Source: Pseudomonadota bacterium
GTDB taxonomy: Bacteria > Bdellovibrionota_C > UBA2361 > OMII01
Assembly (NCBI GenBank): GCA_038134595.1
Contig: JAYPVM010000004.1
Span: forward strand, 69,573-133,572
Direction of reading: 5' to 3'
DNA length: 64,000 bases
Positions 1-9,109 of the stretch are shown piece after piece (positions within the stretch are counted from its first letter, which is position 1; the number at the start of each line of letters is the position of its first letter). Under the pieces are notes generated by a model. It searched no databases and was not told the DNA's origin. It worked only from the letters and a program-made list of their open reading frames with translations. A program made the position numbers and the translations under genes.

Positions 1-407
1 ATAAACGAGATTATCTTCATATATGCAAACACGGGGCTTACAAAAACTATGAGCCAGCCAGAGGCTTCGTCGAGAAACGCTGTCGTAAAAGCGGTGACAA
101 TAAGCAGTAGCTTTAGCCCTCCTTTAATTGGAATAAAAAGAAGAAGATGCATCAGCGCTACTAAGAAGATTCCCATTGCAAAGAGATGAAAGTGGCTTAT
201 CTCAAGAAGTCCGCGAATGCTTTTGGGTCGTGTAAACTTTTCAGGAGAACCCAGGTAGTGCTCGACGATATCCTGATATCCAAAGCCCATATGGATGTAG
301 AATCCAAAATTAGTGAGCCAAAACGCAAAGCAGTAAAAAAGAAAAAAGAGTACGATGACCCTTAGAAGGGAGTTCTTGTTCCATTCGCCTGTTACGATAA
401 ATCTCAT
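1..407 (-). CDS. Integral membrane protein, partial (runs off the window start); third gene of the porin/FMN-binding operon
   Basis: Absent from the ORF track. ATG at 407-405 overlaps the TGA of the upstream gene. Reads MRFIVTGEWNKNSLLRVIVLFFLFYCFAFWLTN...GLLEISHFHLFAMGIFLVALMHLLLF... with no stop to the edge; several hydrophobic segments with His residues. Confidence 0.8.
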   Translation of the reverse strand, partial: MRFIVTGEWNKNSLLRVIVLFFLFYCFAFWLTNFGFYIHMGFGYQDIVEHYLGSPEKFTRPKSIRGLLEISHFHLFAMGIFLVALMHLLLFIPIKGGLKLLLIVTAFTTAFLDEASGWLIVFVSPVFAYMKIISF

Positions 408-970
408 CTAGAGTCTCTCTCATCGAGCACTACTGATAGCGAGGCTCTCACTGCGCGCACACCATCTGATAGTCCATTAACGGTCAGAGTTGATCCTGCT
501 ATTGGCGCGATGCCTTGTCCAGGGATTAATTCTTCCAGTGGTTGATTTCCCTCAAGCTGCTGCAACCACGAGTCAGTTGGTTGGTACTCTGAAGGCTCGT
601 TAAATGCTAGTAGAACAACCTTTGAGACGGTTCTATCTGGGGTAAGTACGACCATAAATGCCGCAAGGTGTGACCGCATGATACGAGAGTCGATGATAGC
701 GTATCCGACGACAGCTCCGTTTCGTCTTCCTTCATAGTAATGAAAGATATTAGACGAAAGCCTTGTGTATGCATCGTGTTCTATCTGCTCTCGGGCACTC
801 TGAGAGAGTACCTTTGTGTTCTCATGAATCTCGACATCCTCTGCAAAAGCGATGTTCAGCGCCTCATCTTTAGCCAAGAAGACCTCAGCAGACGCTGAGG
901 TAAAACACCAGCCTAGAGCGCTAACACAAATAAGTACAAAGCGTGCACAAAACATCTTCATTACAAGCAC
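404..970 (-). CDS. Exported FMN-binding domain protein
   Basis: Signal peptide (..SASA|EV), AFNEPSEY and IAGSTLT, a variant of the [S/T]GAT flavinylation motif. Confidence 0.7.
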   Translation of the reverse strand: MLVMKMFCARFVLICVSALGWCFTSASAEVFLAKDEALNIAFAEDVEIHENTKVLSQSAREQIEHDAYTRLSSNIFHYYEGRRNGAVVGYAIIDSRIMRSHLAAFMVVLTPDRTVSKVVLLAFNEPSEYQPTDSWLQQLEGNQPLEELIPGQGIAPIAGSTLTVNGLSDGVRAVRASLSVVLDERDSR

Positions 971-973
971 TTC

Positions 974-2332
974 TTAATAGACGAACCCGATGCCTAAAGC
1001 TACTTCGTCTGCTGAAGGATTTATGCCGTCAGTGGTGTAGTTTTTGTAGTCAGCCTTGAGCACGACTTTGTCGAGGGGCTTGTACGATAAACCGACTGTG
1101 TAGACTTGGCGATCTTTAGACGCATTGCGTGCAAATCCACTCGGAACTCCGAGTTGCGTATCTAACTGCTCAAACCGGACAAACGGACTAAGCGATTGCC
1201 GAGTGCCGTACACTAAATGAGGTAATACGTCATATGCAGCCTCGACGTACCAAGCGTTTTGGCGAGAGCCTATAGTTTCTCCAAGTGCCGCACTAACTAT
1301 CTCAGCATCATCTATCGATGTCCAAGTTCCAAGGGCACGCAGAGCAAGTTGTCGGTAGCGATACTGAGCGTGCAGTTCACCGATTGTAGTACGCACGTTT
1401 GGAGTCGCCCCGTTAAAGTCTTCGTTTTGGCCCGAATTTCCCAACCAAAATGAACCTCCAACGAGTAATCCCGGAGCGAAGTCTGGGCTGTAATCTAATC
1501 TGCTAGTCCATGCGATATCCTCAAACAGAGCACGGTTTCCAGACTGCCTACCGCCACGGATTCCTGACTCCGTGAAGCCAGATGCACGTAGTCCGTTTAC
1601 AACATACGACCGATACTCAAGGGTGCCGTTGGCTTCTGTTTGTCCGAATACACCAACCCCCATTTCATTCCACGTGGACGGGATAAGCGTTCGTTCGACA
1701 TCTGGTCGCAACACGCCATAAAAATACGTTGGCTCATGAATCTCGTTTATAAATCCCATCGGGATGAGCACTGAACCTGCCCGAACGTTAAACTCCTTCT
1801 CCAGGAGAAAATCCATGTAAGCAAATTCAATCGCAACTTTGCCCTCTTGCGAACCAGAGTCTCCACCCATCGCGGTAGTGTTTCCGTGCTCAAGCTCTAT
1901 CTCAGAGTTAAAGAGAATGTTGTCGCTAAACTTGTATCCGATGTATGTGACAAGCCTTTGTGCATCAGCTTGGTCAGAGGCGCCTTGATCGTCATCTACA
2001 AACGACCGATAGACCATCTCACCGTAGCCGCCTAGCGAAAGTCCCCCAGGAGCGTTGTAGACACTTGATGCCGCAGGACCCATCCCCCACTGGCTCTTAA
2101 GCTCCTTTTTCTCTGGAATGAGTTGCCCGATACGAGTCTGTTGAATCTCTTGAGCGAGGGTAGCGGTCGTCTCCTCTACCTTCTTATCCTGTTTCTCTAA
2201 CTTAGCCTCCAAAGCCGCGAGTCGCTCCTTTAAGGCTTTAATCTCTGCGGCGTCATCGGCTATAGCTGTTGGTACTAGAGCTAACAGTAGTGAGGAGCCT
2301 AGAAGAAGTGAGAAGAATGATTTTGTGCTCAT
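974..2332 (-). CDS. Outer-membrane porin (OprO/P-like) with N-terminal coiled coil
   Basis: Start moved to ATG 2332 (MSTKSFFSLLL..., signal peptide). Coiled coil, FNSEIELEHG, beta-strand pattern, C-terminal aromatic GIGFVY. Confidence 0.75.
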   Translation of the reverse strand: MSTKSFFSLLLGSSLLLALVPTAIADDAAEIKALKERLAALEAKLEKQDKKVEETTATLAQEIQQTRIGQLIPEKKELKSQWGMGPAASSVYNAPGGLSLGGYGEMVYRSFVDDDQGASDQADAQRLVTYIGYKFSDNILFNSEIELEHGNTTAMGGDSGSQEGKVAIEFAYMDFLLEKEFNVRAGSVLIPMGFINEIHEPTYFYGVLRPDVERTLIPSTWNEMGVGVFGQTEANGTLEYRSYVVNGLRASGFTESGIRGGRQSGNRALFEDIAWTSRLDYSPDFAPGLLVGGSFWLGNSGQNEDFNGATPNVRTTIGELHAQYRYRQLALRALGTWTSIDDAEIVSAALGETIGSRQNAWYVEAAYDVLPHLVYGTRQSLSPFVRFEQLDTQLGVPSGFARNASKDRQVYTVGLSYKPLDKVVLKADYKNYTTDGINPSADEVALGIGFVY

Positions 2333-2646
2333 ATGTAAATATTTAAGTAAAAATAATAGTTTAAGTATTTTGATATTATGCCGAAGCAATTACCTATAAA
2401 AACAACGCTGTATCTATCATCCAGATGTTTGGCATGTCAAGCAATCGGGGGGTATTTATTACACAAGGTGTAAATATTCCGCTGAAATGACCGAAATACC
2501 CTTAAAACCGGTGGTTAGTAATCACGCGCATCCCTCGGGTTGTTGTGAATCAGAGAGTAAGAATACACTAAGGTGGTTTGAATTGTTGTTGGGGTGTTAC
2601 GTTGACCAAAGGATAAAGAGACACGTGCAGTGAAGGAGAGGCGTAT

Positions 2647-3432
2647 ATGAAGAGCCATGAAGTTGATTACGAGATAATCGGGGATGACATGCAGTTAGTC
2701 GAGGTGGAGCTCGACAGAGGAGAGACTGTCATAGCAGAAGCCGGTGCGATGAATTACATGGAAGAGGGAATACGCTACGAGGCTAAGATGGGAGATGGCT
2801 CGGAGACCAATGAGGGAATCATGGATAAACTTCTCTCTGTAGGTAAGCGTGCTTTGACCGGTGAAAGTATATTCATGACGCACTTTACCCATGAGGGTAC
2901 AGGAAAGAAGCGAGTAGCATTTGCAGCACCGTACCCGGGAAAGATTATACCGGTAGACCTTAGCCGCCTTGGTGGAGAGCTTATCTGTCAGAAGGATGCG
3001 TTCTTGTGCGCGGCAAAGGGTACCAATGTCAGCATTGCATTTAACAGAAGATTAGGCGCGGGGTTCTTCGGTGGTGAAGGATTTATACTCCAGAAGTTAG
3101 AAGGCGATGGGATGGCGTTTATTCACGTTGGTGGAACCGTTATCGAAAAGAAACTTAACGGGGAAAAACTGCGTGTAGATACGGGATGCCTTGCAGCGTT
3201 CTCTTCTGGCATAGATTACAGCATCGAGCGCGCGGGTAATCTAAAGTCGATGTTTTTTGGAGGAGAGGGGCTGTTTCTAGCAACGCTACAGGGCACTGGG
3301 ACAGTGTGGCTTCAGAGCCTGCCGTTTTCTCGTCTTGCAGATCGAGTCATTCAGCATGCGCCGAAGATAGGAGGTACGCATCAGGGTGAAGGTTCGGTAT
3401 TGGGAAGGCTTGGTAATTTGATGGGGGATTAG
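2647..3432 (+). CDS. TIGR00266 / AIM24 family protein
   Basis: IAEAGAM, GESIF, FFGGEGF/L repeats, [15 protein letters not shown] upstream. Confidence 0.9.
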   Translation: MKSHEVDYEIIGDDMQLVEVELDRGETVIAEAGAMNYMEEGIRYEAKMGDGSETNEGIMDKLLSVGKRALTGESIFMTHFTHEGTGKKRVAFAAPYPGKIIPVDLSRLGGELICQKDAFLCAAKGTNVSIAFNRRLGAGFFGGEGFILQKLEGDGMAFIHVGGTVIEKKLNGEKLRVDTGCLAAFSSGIDYSIERAGNLKSMFFGGEGLFLATLQGTGTVWLQSLPFSRLADRVIQHAPKIGGTHQGEGSVLGRLGNLMGD

Positions 3433-3495
3433 CGGGCTTATACGGATGCTAGAGCGAGTAAAGAAGCTGTAAAGATGACCAGTCAGTCAGAATTG

Positions 3496-3593
3496 TCCCA
3501 GAGGGTTATTTTGTAGACACAAGGGACTTAAAAGAAAGTGACTGAACGTATGCCCGAGTGATGAAATGGTAGACATACAGGACTTAAAATCCC
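3496..3593 (+). pseudogene. Two tandem 5'-half remnants of tRNA-Leu(UAA)
   Basis: 3552-3593 GCCCGAGTGATGAAATGGTAGACATACAGGACTTAAAATCCC gives the acceptor 5' strand, D arm and anticodon loop CTTAAAA; no T arm or CCA follows. 3496-3533 is a second degenerate copy (GTAGACACAAGGGACTTAAAA). Confidence 0.7.
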
Positions 3594-3647
3594 AAGCGCC
3601 AACCACCAGCAAACCAATCCCACCGGAAGTGACAAACGACGCCTTTG

Positions 3648-5459
3648 CTACCGCTTGTTAGCCTGCAACACACGTTTTCTGATACGCACGCAATTAGGGG
3701 TAACCTCTACAAGCTCATCATCTCGAATAAAGTCGATTGCTTTTTCAAGACTCATTGGAACAACTGGAACAAGTATGACGTTCTCATCCTTTGCGGCGGC
3801 TCGGATGTTTGTAAGCTTCTTTGCTCGACAGATGTTTACGTTTAGGTCGTTGTCTCGACTGTGTTCTCCTACGACCATTCCTTCGTAAACGGGGTCGCCG
3901 GGTTGTACAAATATTTTACCGCGTGGTTGGAGTCCGAAGATAGCATAAGGAATTGCTTCTCCCAATCTGTCAGCGATCAGTGACCCTGTCTGTCGACTTA
4001 CAAAATCTCCTTTATAAGGTTCATATCCTTTCAGATATGAGTTCATGATACCGGTTCCCCGCGTATCTGTTAGAAACTCATTTCGGTATCCGATCAGTCC
4101 TCGGGAGGGGATTTCAAACTCGATACGGACTCGGCCTGATCCGTGGTTGACCATGTTCACCATTTGACCCTTACGAAACGCTAGTTTCTCTGTAAGCGCT
4201 CCTATGAACGCTTCATCACAGTCGATAAGTACATGCTCTATCGGCTCGTGTTGTACGCCATCGACCTCTTTGTAGATAATCTGCGGTCGACCAACGGTAA
4301 GTTCAAAACCTTCTCGGCGCATCTGCTCAATGAGAATCGCCATTTGAAACTCCCCTCGACCTCGCACTAAGACGCTTTCATCCTCTTTCGAGTCTTCTAT
4401 TTTTAGCGCTACGTTAAATAGGGCTTCTTTGTAGAGCCGCTCTTTGATCTTTTGGGGCTGAACTATCTTTCCGTCTTTACCGCAAAATGGCGATGTATTC
4501 GCCATGAATTTCATGGATATCGTTGGCTCGTCAACGGTTAGTCGAGGAAGCGCTTGGGGTTCTTCAAGTGTGCAGATGGTGTCTCCAATTGAAACATCTT
4601 CTACGCCCGAGAGGATGATGATTTCTCCTGCCTTGGCTTCATCAACTTCCTCAAAGGAAATTCCTTGATAGACCTGTACTTTGCTTACTCTAAGTGGGCG
4701 AGGTTGCCCATCGGGGCCGATGCACGCAAGGCGCTCGTTTTTCTTTGCACTTCCGTTAAACACGCGTCCGATAGCGAGCCTACCGAGGTAGTCTGAGTAC
4801 GAGAGGTTCGACACGAGCATTTGAAATGGTTTTGCTGGCTCGTATGAGGGGCCGGGAACGGTTTCAACGATAGTATCAAAAAGCGGAGCTAGATTAGTTC
4901 CTTTCTCGTCGAGCGTTTTTTGAGCGATACCATCTCTACCGATTGCATAAAGCAGCGGAAAGTCGAGTTGATCTTCTGTGGCGTCAAGATCGATAAAAAG
5001 ATCGTATACTTCGTTTATGACTTCCTGTGGACGTGCATCACCTCGGTCGATCTTATTTATTACAACAATGATTGAGCATTTGGCTTCAAGTGCTTTTTTT
5101 AGAACAAACCGCGTCTGAGGAAGTGGGCCTTCTGAAGAGTCTACGAGTAAAACAACACCGTCAACCATCATCATAGCGCGCTCTACCTCGCCACCAAAAT
5201 CGGCGTGGCCTGGGGTGTCGAGGATGTTGATCTTTACATCTCCCCATTTAACCGAGCAGTTCTTGGCGGCGATGGTGATTCCGCGCTCGCGTTCAAGATC
5301 CATGCTGTCCATGACCCGGTCTTCTACCTCCTGATTGGAGCGGAAGAGTCCACTTTGTCTAAACATGTGGTCGACGAGGGTAGTTTTACCATGATCTACA
5401 TGCGCAATGATTGCGATGTTTCTAATCTCTGAGTTAATAGCTGAATCTTGTGTTTCCAT
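3648..5459 (-). CDS. typA: Translational GTPase TypA/BipA
   Basis: IRNIAIIAHVDHGKTT, ERERGITI, DTPGHADFGGEVER, NKID, GRGE, DDELVEVTP. Confidence 0.97.
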   Translation of the reverse strand: METQDSAINSEIRNIAIIAHVDHGKTTLVDHMFRQSGLFRSNQEVEDRVMDSMDLERERGITIAAKNCSVKWGDVKINILDTPGHADFGGEVERAMMMVDGVVLLVDSSEGPLPQTRFVLKKALEAKCSIIVVINKIDRGDARPQEVINEVYDLFIDLDATEDQLDFPLLYAIGRDGIAQKTLDEKGTNLAPLFDTIVETVPGPSYEPAKPFQMLVSNLSYSDYLGRLAIGRVFNGSAKKNERLACIGPDGQPRPLRVSKVQVYQGISFEEVDEAKAGEIIILSGVEDVSIGDTICTLEEPQALPRLTVDEPTISMKFMANTSPFCGKDGKIVQPQKIKERLYKEALFNVALKIEDSKEDESVLVRGRGEFQMAILIEQMRREGFELTVGRPQIIYKEVDGVQHEPIEHVLIDCDEAFIGALTEKLAFRKGQMVNMVNHGSGRVRIEFEIPSRGLIGYRNEFLTDTRGTGIMNSYLKGYEPYKGDFVSRQTGSLIADRLGEAIPYAIFGLQPRGKIFVQPGDPVYEGMVVGEHSRDNDLNVNICRAKKLTNIRAAAKDENVILVPVVPMSLEKAIDFIRDDELVEVTPNCVRIRKRVLQANKR

Positions 5460-5573
5460 AGCTGGGCGATGGTAGCTTGGAGTGGAGAATTAAGCAAAGC
5501 CTCCAAGGGGTATAAAGTGCTGTTTTTAGATTTTTTTTGTTCCGATTTCCTGTGGTTATTCTCTTTAGTAGCT

Positions 5574-6041
5574 CTAGTGAAGGGGAGGCTTGTTGAGTTC
5601 AAGGGGCTTGCCGCTACTGTCTAGGTTAGAGTGAAAGACTGAGGTTGCTACCCGTGGCGAATAGCTTTTAAGAAGGTATCGTGAGAGTTGCTCGGTAAAG
5701 TAAACCGAGCGGTGTTGTCCGCCGGTGCATCCGAAAGCTACTGACAGGAATGAGAAGTTCCGATGCATGTAGTTTTCAATAGCGGCATTGATGAGCGCAA
5801 ATGTGTGGGTTTGAAAGGTTTGAACCTCCTTTGATTGTTGCAGATAACTGATAACCTCTCGGTCGAGTCCTGTTTGGCTCTTGTATTGCTCTTCTCTCCC
5901 TGGGTTTGGGAGACATCTACAGTCGAACACAAAACCACCGCCGTGTTTTTCTTCGGTGTTGCTGAAGAGATTAGCGGGCAGGGGGCGCTTATACGAGAAG
6001 CTGGTTATTTCAACGGTTAGAATGTGAGATGAGTCAGTCAT
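5574..6041 (-). CDS. Stand-alone RapZ C-terminal-domain-like protein
   Basis: Start reassigned to ATG 6041 (ATGA overlap with the upstream stop). SFSYK, GGGFVFDCRCLPNPGR, FGCTGGQHRSVY; no N-terminal P-loop. Confidence 0.8.
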   Translation of the reverse strand: MTDSSHILTVEITSFSYKRPLPANLFSNTEEKHGGGFVFDCRCLPNPGREEQYKSQTGLDREVISYLQQSKEVQTFQTHTFALINAAIENYMHRNFSFLSVAFGCTGGQHRSVYFTEQLSRYLLKSYSPRVATSVFHSNLDSSGKPLELNKPPLH

Positions 6042-7078
6042 TGGTGTCCTTGTGTGTTTCGAGTTGATTCTTGAAGCGTTTGGATACAGTGGATGAGATG
6101 CGGGGTCTTTACAGGGAATGAAGTGCTTGCCAGCTCGGTTGCGAGCGTATGAATTGCTGGTTCGATACTGTTTGCGAAGTACTGTTTGCCAGCTCCGAGC
6201 CCTTGTTTGCCGTACACTCCGAGCACCTGAAGCATTCTGCACACGATAAATGCAGAATAATAGCGTAGGAAGTGCTCGGGATGGAGCGTTGTATACCGAT
6301 TTGCGGCTTTGCAGTAATGCTCTGCAAGAGCTTGTCTGGCTTCTTGGGGGAGCTTTGTGCTTGCTTGATACAGTAGAGACACAACGTCATATTGAAGAGC
6401 TCCTTGCCGACCGCTTTGAAAATCAATGAAAAATGGCTTGCCGTCTTTGACCATTATGTTTCGTGACTGGAAGTCTCGGTAGACAAAGAAGCTGGGATCA
6501 GCTTGGCCTAAAAAGTCGATGAGCAGAGCAAAATCCTTGGTGAGAGCGGTTGTGTCGTATTCCGGAAGTATGCGTGCAACAAGTTCGGTTGCAAATTGTG
6601 CGCAGTCGCCAGCGAATGTTCCTGGCAGGAGGTGTTGTTCAGGATAACATTTAGAAAAATCAAAGTGTTTGGCGCATTCGATCTGAAATTGCGGGAGTAT
6701 ATCGAGTACTCGCTGATACATTTCTTGTGCTGATTTTGGAAAGGCTTCGTCTGACTGTTTACGAGTATGTTGTAAGTAGTCAAAGAGCGTCTCATCCCCT
6801 AGGTCGTCTTCGATGTATAAGTTACGTTGTCGATTATACAGGTGAATGTCAGGTACCGGGAGTCCGTGCTGTTTGAAGAACTGCGCAAATGCGATAAAGC
6901 AGTCATTCTCCGAAGTGACTGGATTAATCACTCCGATAAAGGAGTCTGAAGCGGAGCACAAGCGATATATCCTTCGCTCGGAGGCGTGCGGCTTTAGGGG
7001 GGTTATAGATGTTGGAGGGGCTCCGGTAAGCTCTGCAAAGCTTTCTGTGAGGTCCTTTATGGAAGGATCGTCAATCAT
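6038..7078 (-). CDS. Aminoglycoside phosphotransferase-fold kinase, AmgK-like (MurNAc/GlcNAc kinase)
   Basis: ASERRIYR, EDDLGD, YRDFQSRNIM, IDFQ, YDVVSLL. Confidence 0.8.
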   Translation of the reverse strand: MIDDPSIKDLTESFAELTGAPPTSITPLKPHASERRIYRLCSASDSFIGVINPVTSENDCFIAFAQFFKQHGLPVPDIHLYNRQRNLYIEDDLGDETLFDYLQHTRKQSDEAFPKSAQEMYQRVLDILPQFQIECAKHFDFSKCYPEQHLLPGTFAGDCAQFATELVARILPEYDTTALTKDFALLIDFLGQADPSFFVYRDFQSRNIMVKDGKPFFIDFQSGRQGALQYDVVSLLYQASTKLPQEARQALAEHYCKAANRYTTLHPEHFLRYYSAFIVCRMLQVLGVYGKQGLGAGKQYFANSIEPAIHTLATELASTSFPVKTPHLIHCIQTLQESTRNTQGHQ

Positions 7079-7494
7079 ACGAAAATTTATACAAATCTGC
7101 TGTTACTTGATAAGTAGCTACATTTTTCGGATGGTTTTTTGCGAAGCTATTTGCTCCTGCGAGATTAATGTATTCAAGGCTGTGTTCGTTTTATACCTTA
7201 AGATAACCACCTTACGTGACACTACTATGACATGAATTAGAGGGGGGAAAAAGCTAGCTAGCCGTTGGTATGCCACCGGTTCATGATAATTGCCGTACAC
7301 ACGAGATCGGAACGGGGCTTTAGGAGAGTGTAACTTATTGTAAATACACGGCAATTAGAATCTTTGCTGGGGCTCTTACGATTCGGGATGAAACACCCCT
7401 TAAATTCGAGACTTTACTCGATACTTTCTCATCATAATCAGGAAGCATTTAGACCGAAGAGATTCCCCCTCCTAGTTAAGTAGGTGACAGACTC

Positions 7495-8496
7495 ATGCAA
7501 AGAGAACTATCAAATCCAGAGAAAGCGGCCCTCACACTTTTAAGCCTCGGGAGAGAGACCGCCGCTCAAATCATGCAAAACTTGAGTGAAGAAGAGGTGA
7601 AGTCGATTTCCAGGGCGTTTCTCTCGGTTTCTGAGGTAGATAGAGAGACGCAACTGGGTACATCCAGAGATTTTCTGAAAATGCTTCGAGCGGTCGACAC
7701 AGTACTTGTCGATGGGCGGGAATTTGCGCGAGACGTGATCTCTTCGGCGTTTGGAGAGGATAAGGGGCAAGCGCTCTTAGAGTATGTTGCTGGAACGAGA
7801 AAGCAGCCTATTGGTTCGATTATCGGCGCGGTTCCTGAAAAGCTTTTGCTGGGTTTTATTTTAGCGGAGCATCCTCAAACAATTGCGTTCTTGATGACTG
7901 CGATGAATCCCGACCAAGCGGCAACGGTTCTTCGGCAGATGCAGCCCGAGTTGCAAACAGACGTGTTGGTTCGTATCTCTAACTTATCGAATGTTAAGAT
8001 TGATGTGGTTGACGAAGTGCGAGAGGTCCTCCAGACCCAGCTTTGTGGAGATGCTGGAGCAGGAGAGGAGATCGGGGGGCCGAAATCTGCGGCTGATATC
8101 TTAAACTTTGTTGATAGAAGTAGTGAAGAACGGATTATCACAGAAATTGAAGAGACGTTTCCTGATTTGGCTGAGACTATCCGAAATCTTATGTTTACAT
8201 TCGAAGATATCAAGAAGATCGACGACCGCGGTGTACAGACTGTACTTAAAGATGTTCCCCGTGAGAACTTGGTTCTTGCGCTTAAAACTGCATCAGATGA
8301 ATTAAAAGAAATCCTGTTTAGGAACGTATCGCAACGTGCCGCTGAGATGATTAAGGAAGATCTAGAAGGTCTTGGCCCTGTGAAACTAAAGGATGTAGAG
8401 AAGACTCAGCAGGGCATCGTCGATGTTGTCCGAAAGCTTGAGGCAGAGGGCAAAATCGTCATTGGTGGTGGTGCCGGTGGAGACCAATTGGTATAG
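7495..8496 (+). CDS. fliG: Flagellar motor switch protein FliG
   Basis: KAALTLLSLG, EHPQTIA, IGGPKSAADILN, MFTFEDI, SQRAAEMIKEDLE. Confidence 0.95.
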   Translation: MQRELSNPEKAALTLLSLGRETAAQIMQNLSEEEVKSISRAFLSVSEVDRETQLGTSRDFLKMLRAVDTVLVDGREFARDVISSAFGEDKGQALLEYVAGTRKQPIGSIIGAVPEKLLLGFILAEHPQTIAFLMTAMNPDQAATVLRQMQPELQTDVLVRISNLSNVKIDVVDEVREVLQTQLCGDAGAGEEIGGPKSAADILNFVDRSSEERIITEIEETFPDLAETIRNLMFTFEDIKKIDDRGVQTVLKDVPRENLVLALKTASDELKEILFRNVSQRAAEMIKEDLEGLGPVKLKDVEKTQQGIVDVVRKLEAEGKIVIGGGAGGDQLV

Positions 8497-8597
8497 ATCC
8501 TTAATCTTTGTCGGAAGTCTCGGGTTTTTATCTTACAAATGCCCTCAGAGGATAGTTATCTCGACGGACGGCAGATATGCTGAGCTAGAAAATCACA

Positions 8598-8969
8598 TCA
8601 GTGATAGATGATCTTTTTTTCTGCGACTTCAGTAATATCGATATCTGGCTTTTCAGAGGTGAAATTTGTGTCGTACATTGGCGCTTGAAAGTTCTTTGCG
8701 AGGTTTCGCAGCTGCTTTCGAAGTCCTATGACTTTGTACGCCAGGTAGCACAGTACAGCGCCGATAGCGATTATGAAGGCTGCAGCTATGCCAAGGATGA
8801 GCTTAGGCGCAACCACTACAGCTATACCGAGCACAATTAATAAGAGTCCTGGAATGTAAGGAGCGCTCCGTTGACCCCGCTGGAATACAGCAGATTGTAG
8901 CACGGTAAAGTTGGGTGAGCTTTTTGAATTCATGCGAAAAGTATATCTCATAGTAGACGTAATAACCAT
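8598..8969 (-). CDS. Hypothetical protein with two TM helices
   Basis: Two hydrophobic segments; fills the gap between fliG and cysS; start uncertain. Confidence 0.6.
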   Translation of the reverse strand: MVITSTMRYTFRMNSKSSPNFTVLQSAVFQRGQRSAPYIPGLLLIVLGIAVVVAPKLILGIAAAFIIAIGAVLCYLAYKVIGLRKQLRNLAKNFQAPMYDTNFTSEKPDIDITEVAEKKIIYH

Positions 8970-9109
8970 CGGCAGACTGGATTACAAGGCAAAAGAGTAA
9001 ACTTATTGGCTAAAATATTGAGCAACAAGGGGAGTTCAGGGTAGCATATGCTCTACAACGATGTGTTAGGCTTGCTTGGTAAGGCAGCTGTCTATTGTTT
9101 AGGAAGTTC

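Noticed and set aside
2340..2400. Fur box upstream of the porin
   Set aside because: AT-rich, but no convincing match to GATAATGATAATCATTATC.
3552..3640. Intact or intron-containing tRNA-Leu
   Set aside because: There is no T arm, 3' acceptor strand or room for an intron before typA.
7118..7354. 78-aa ORF between the kinase and fliG
   Set aside because: TTG start, no motif, in a divergent promoter region.
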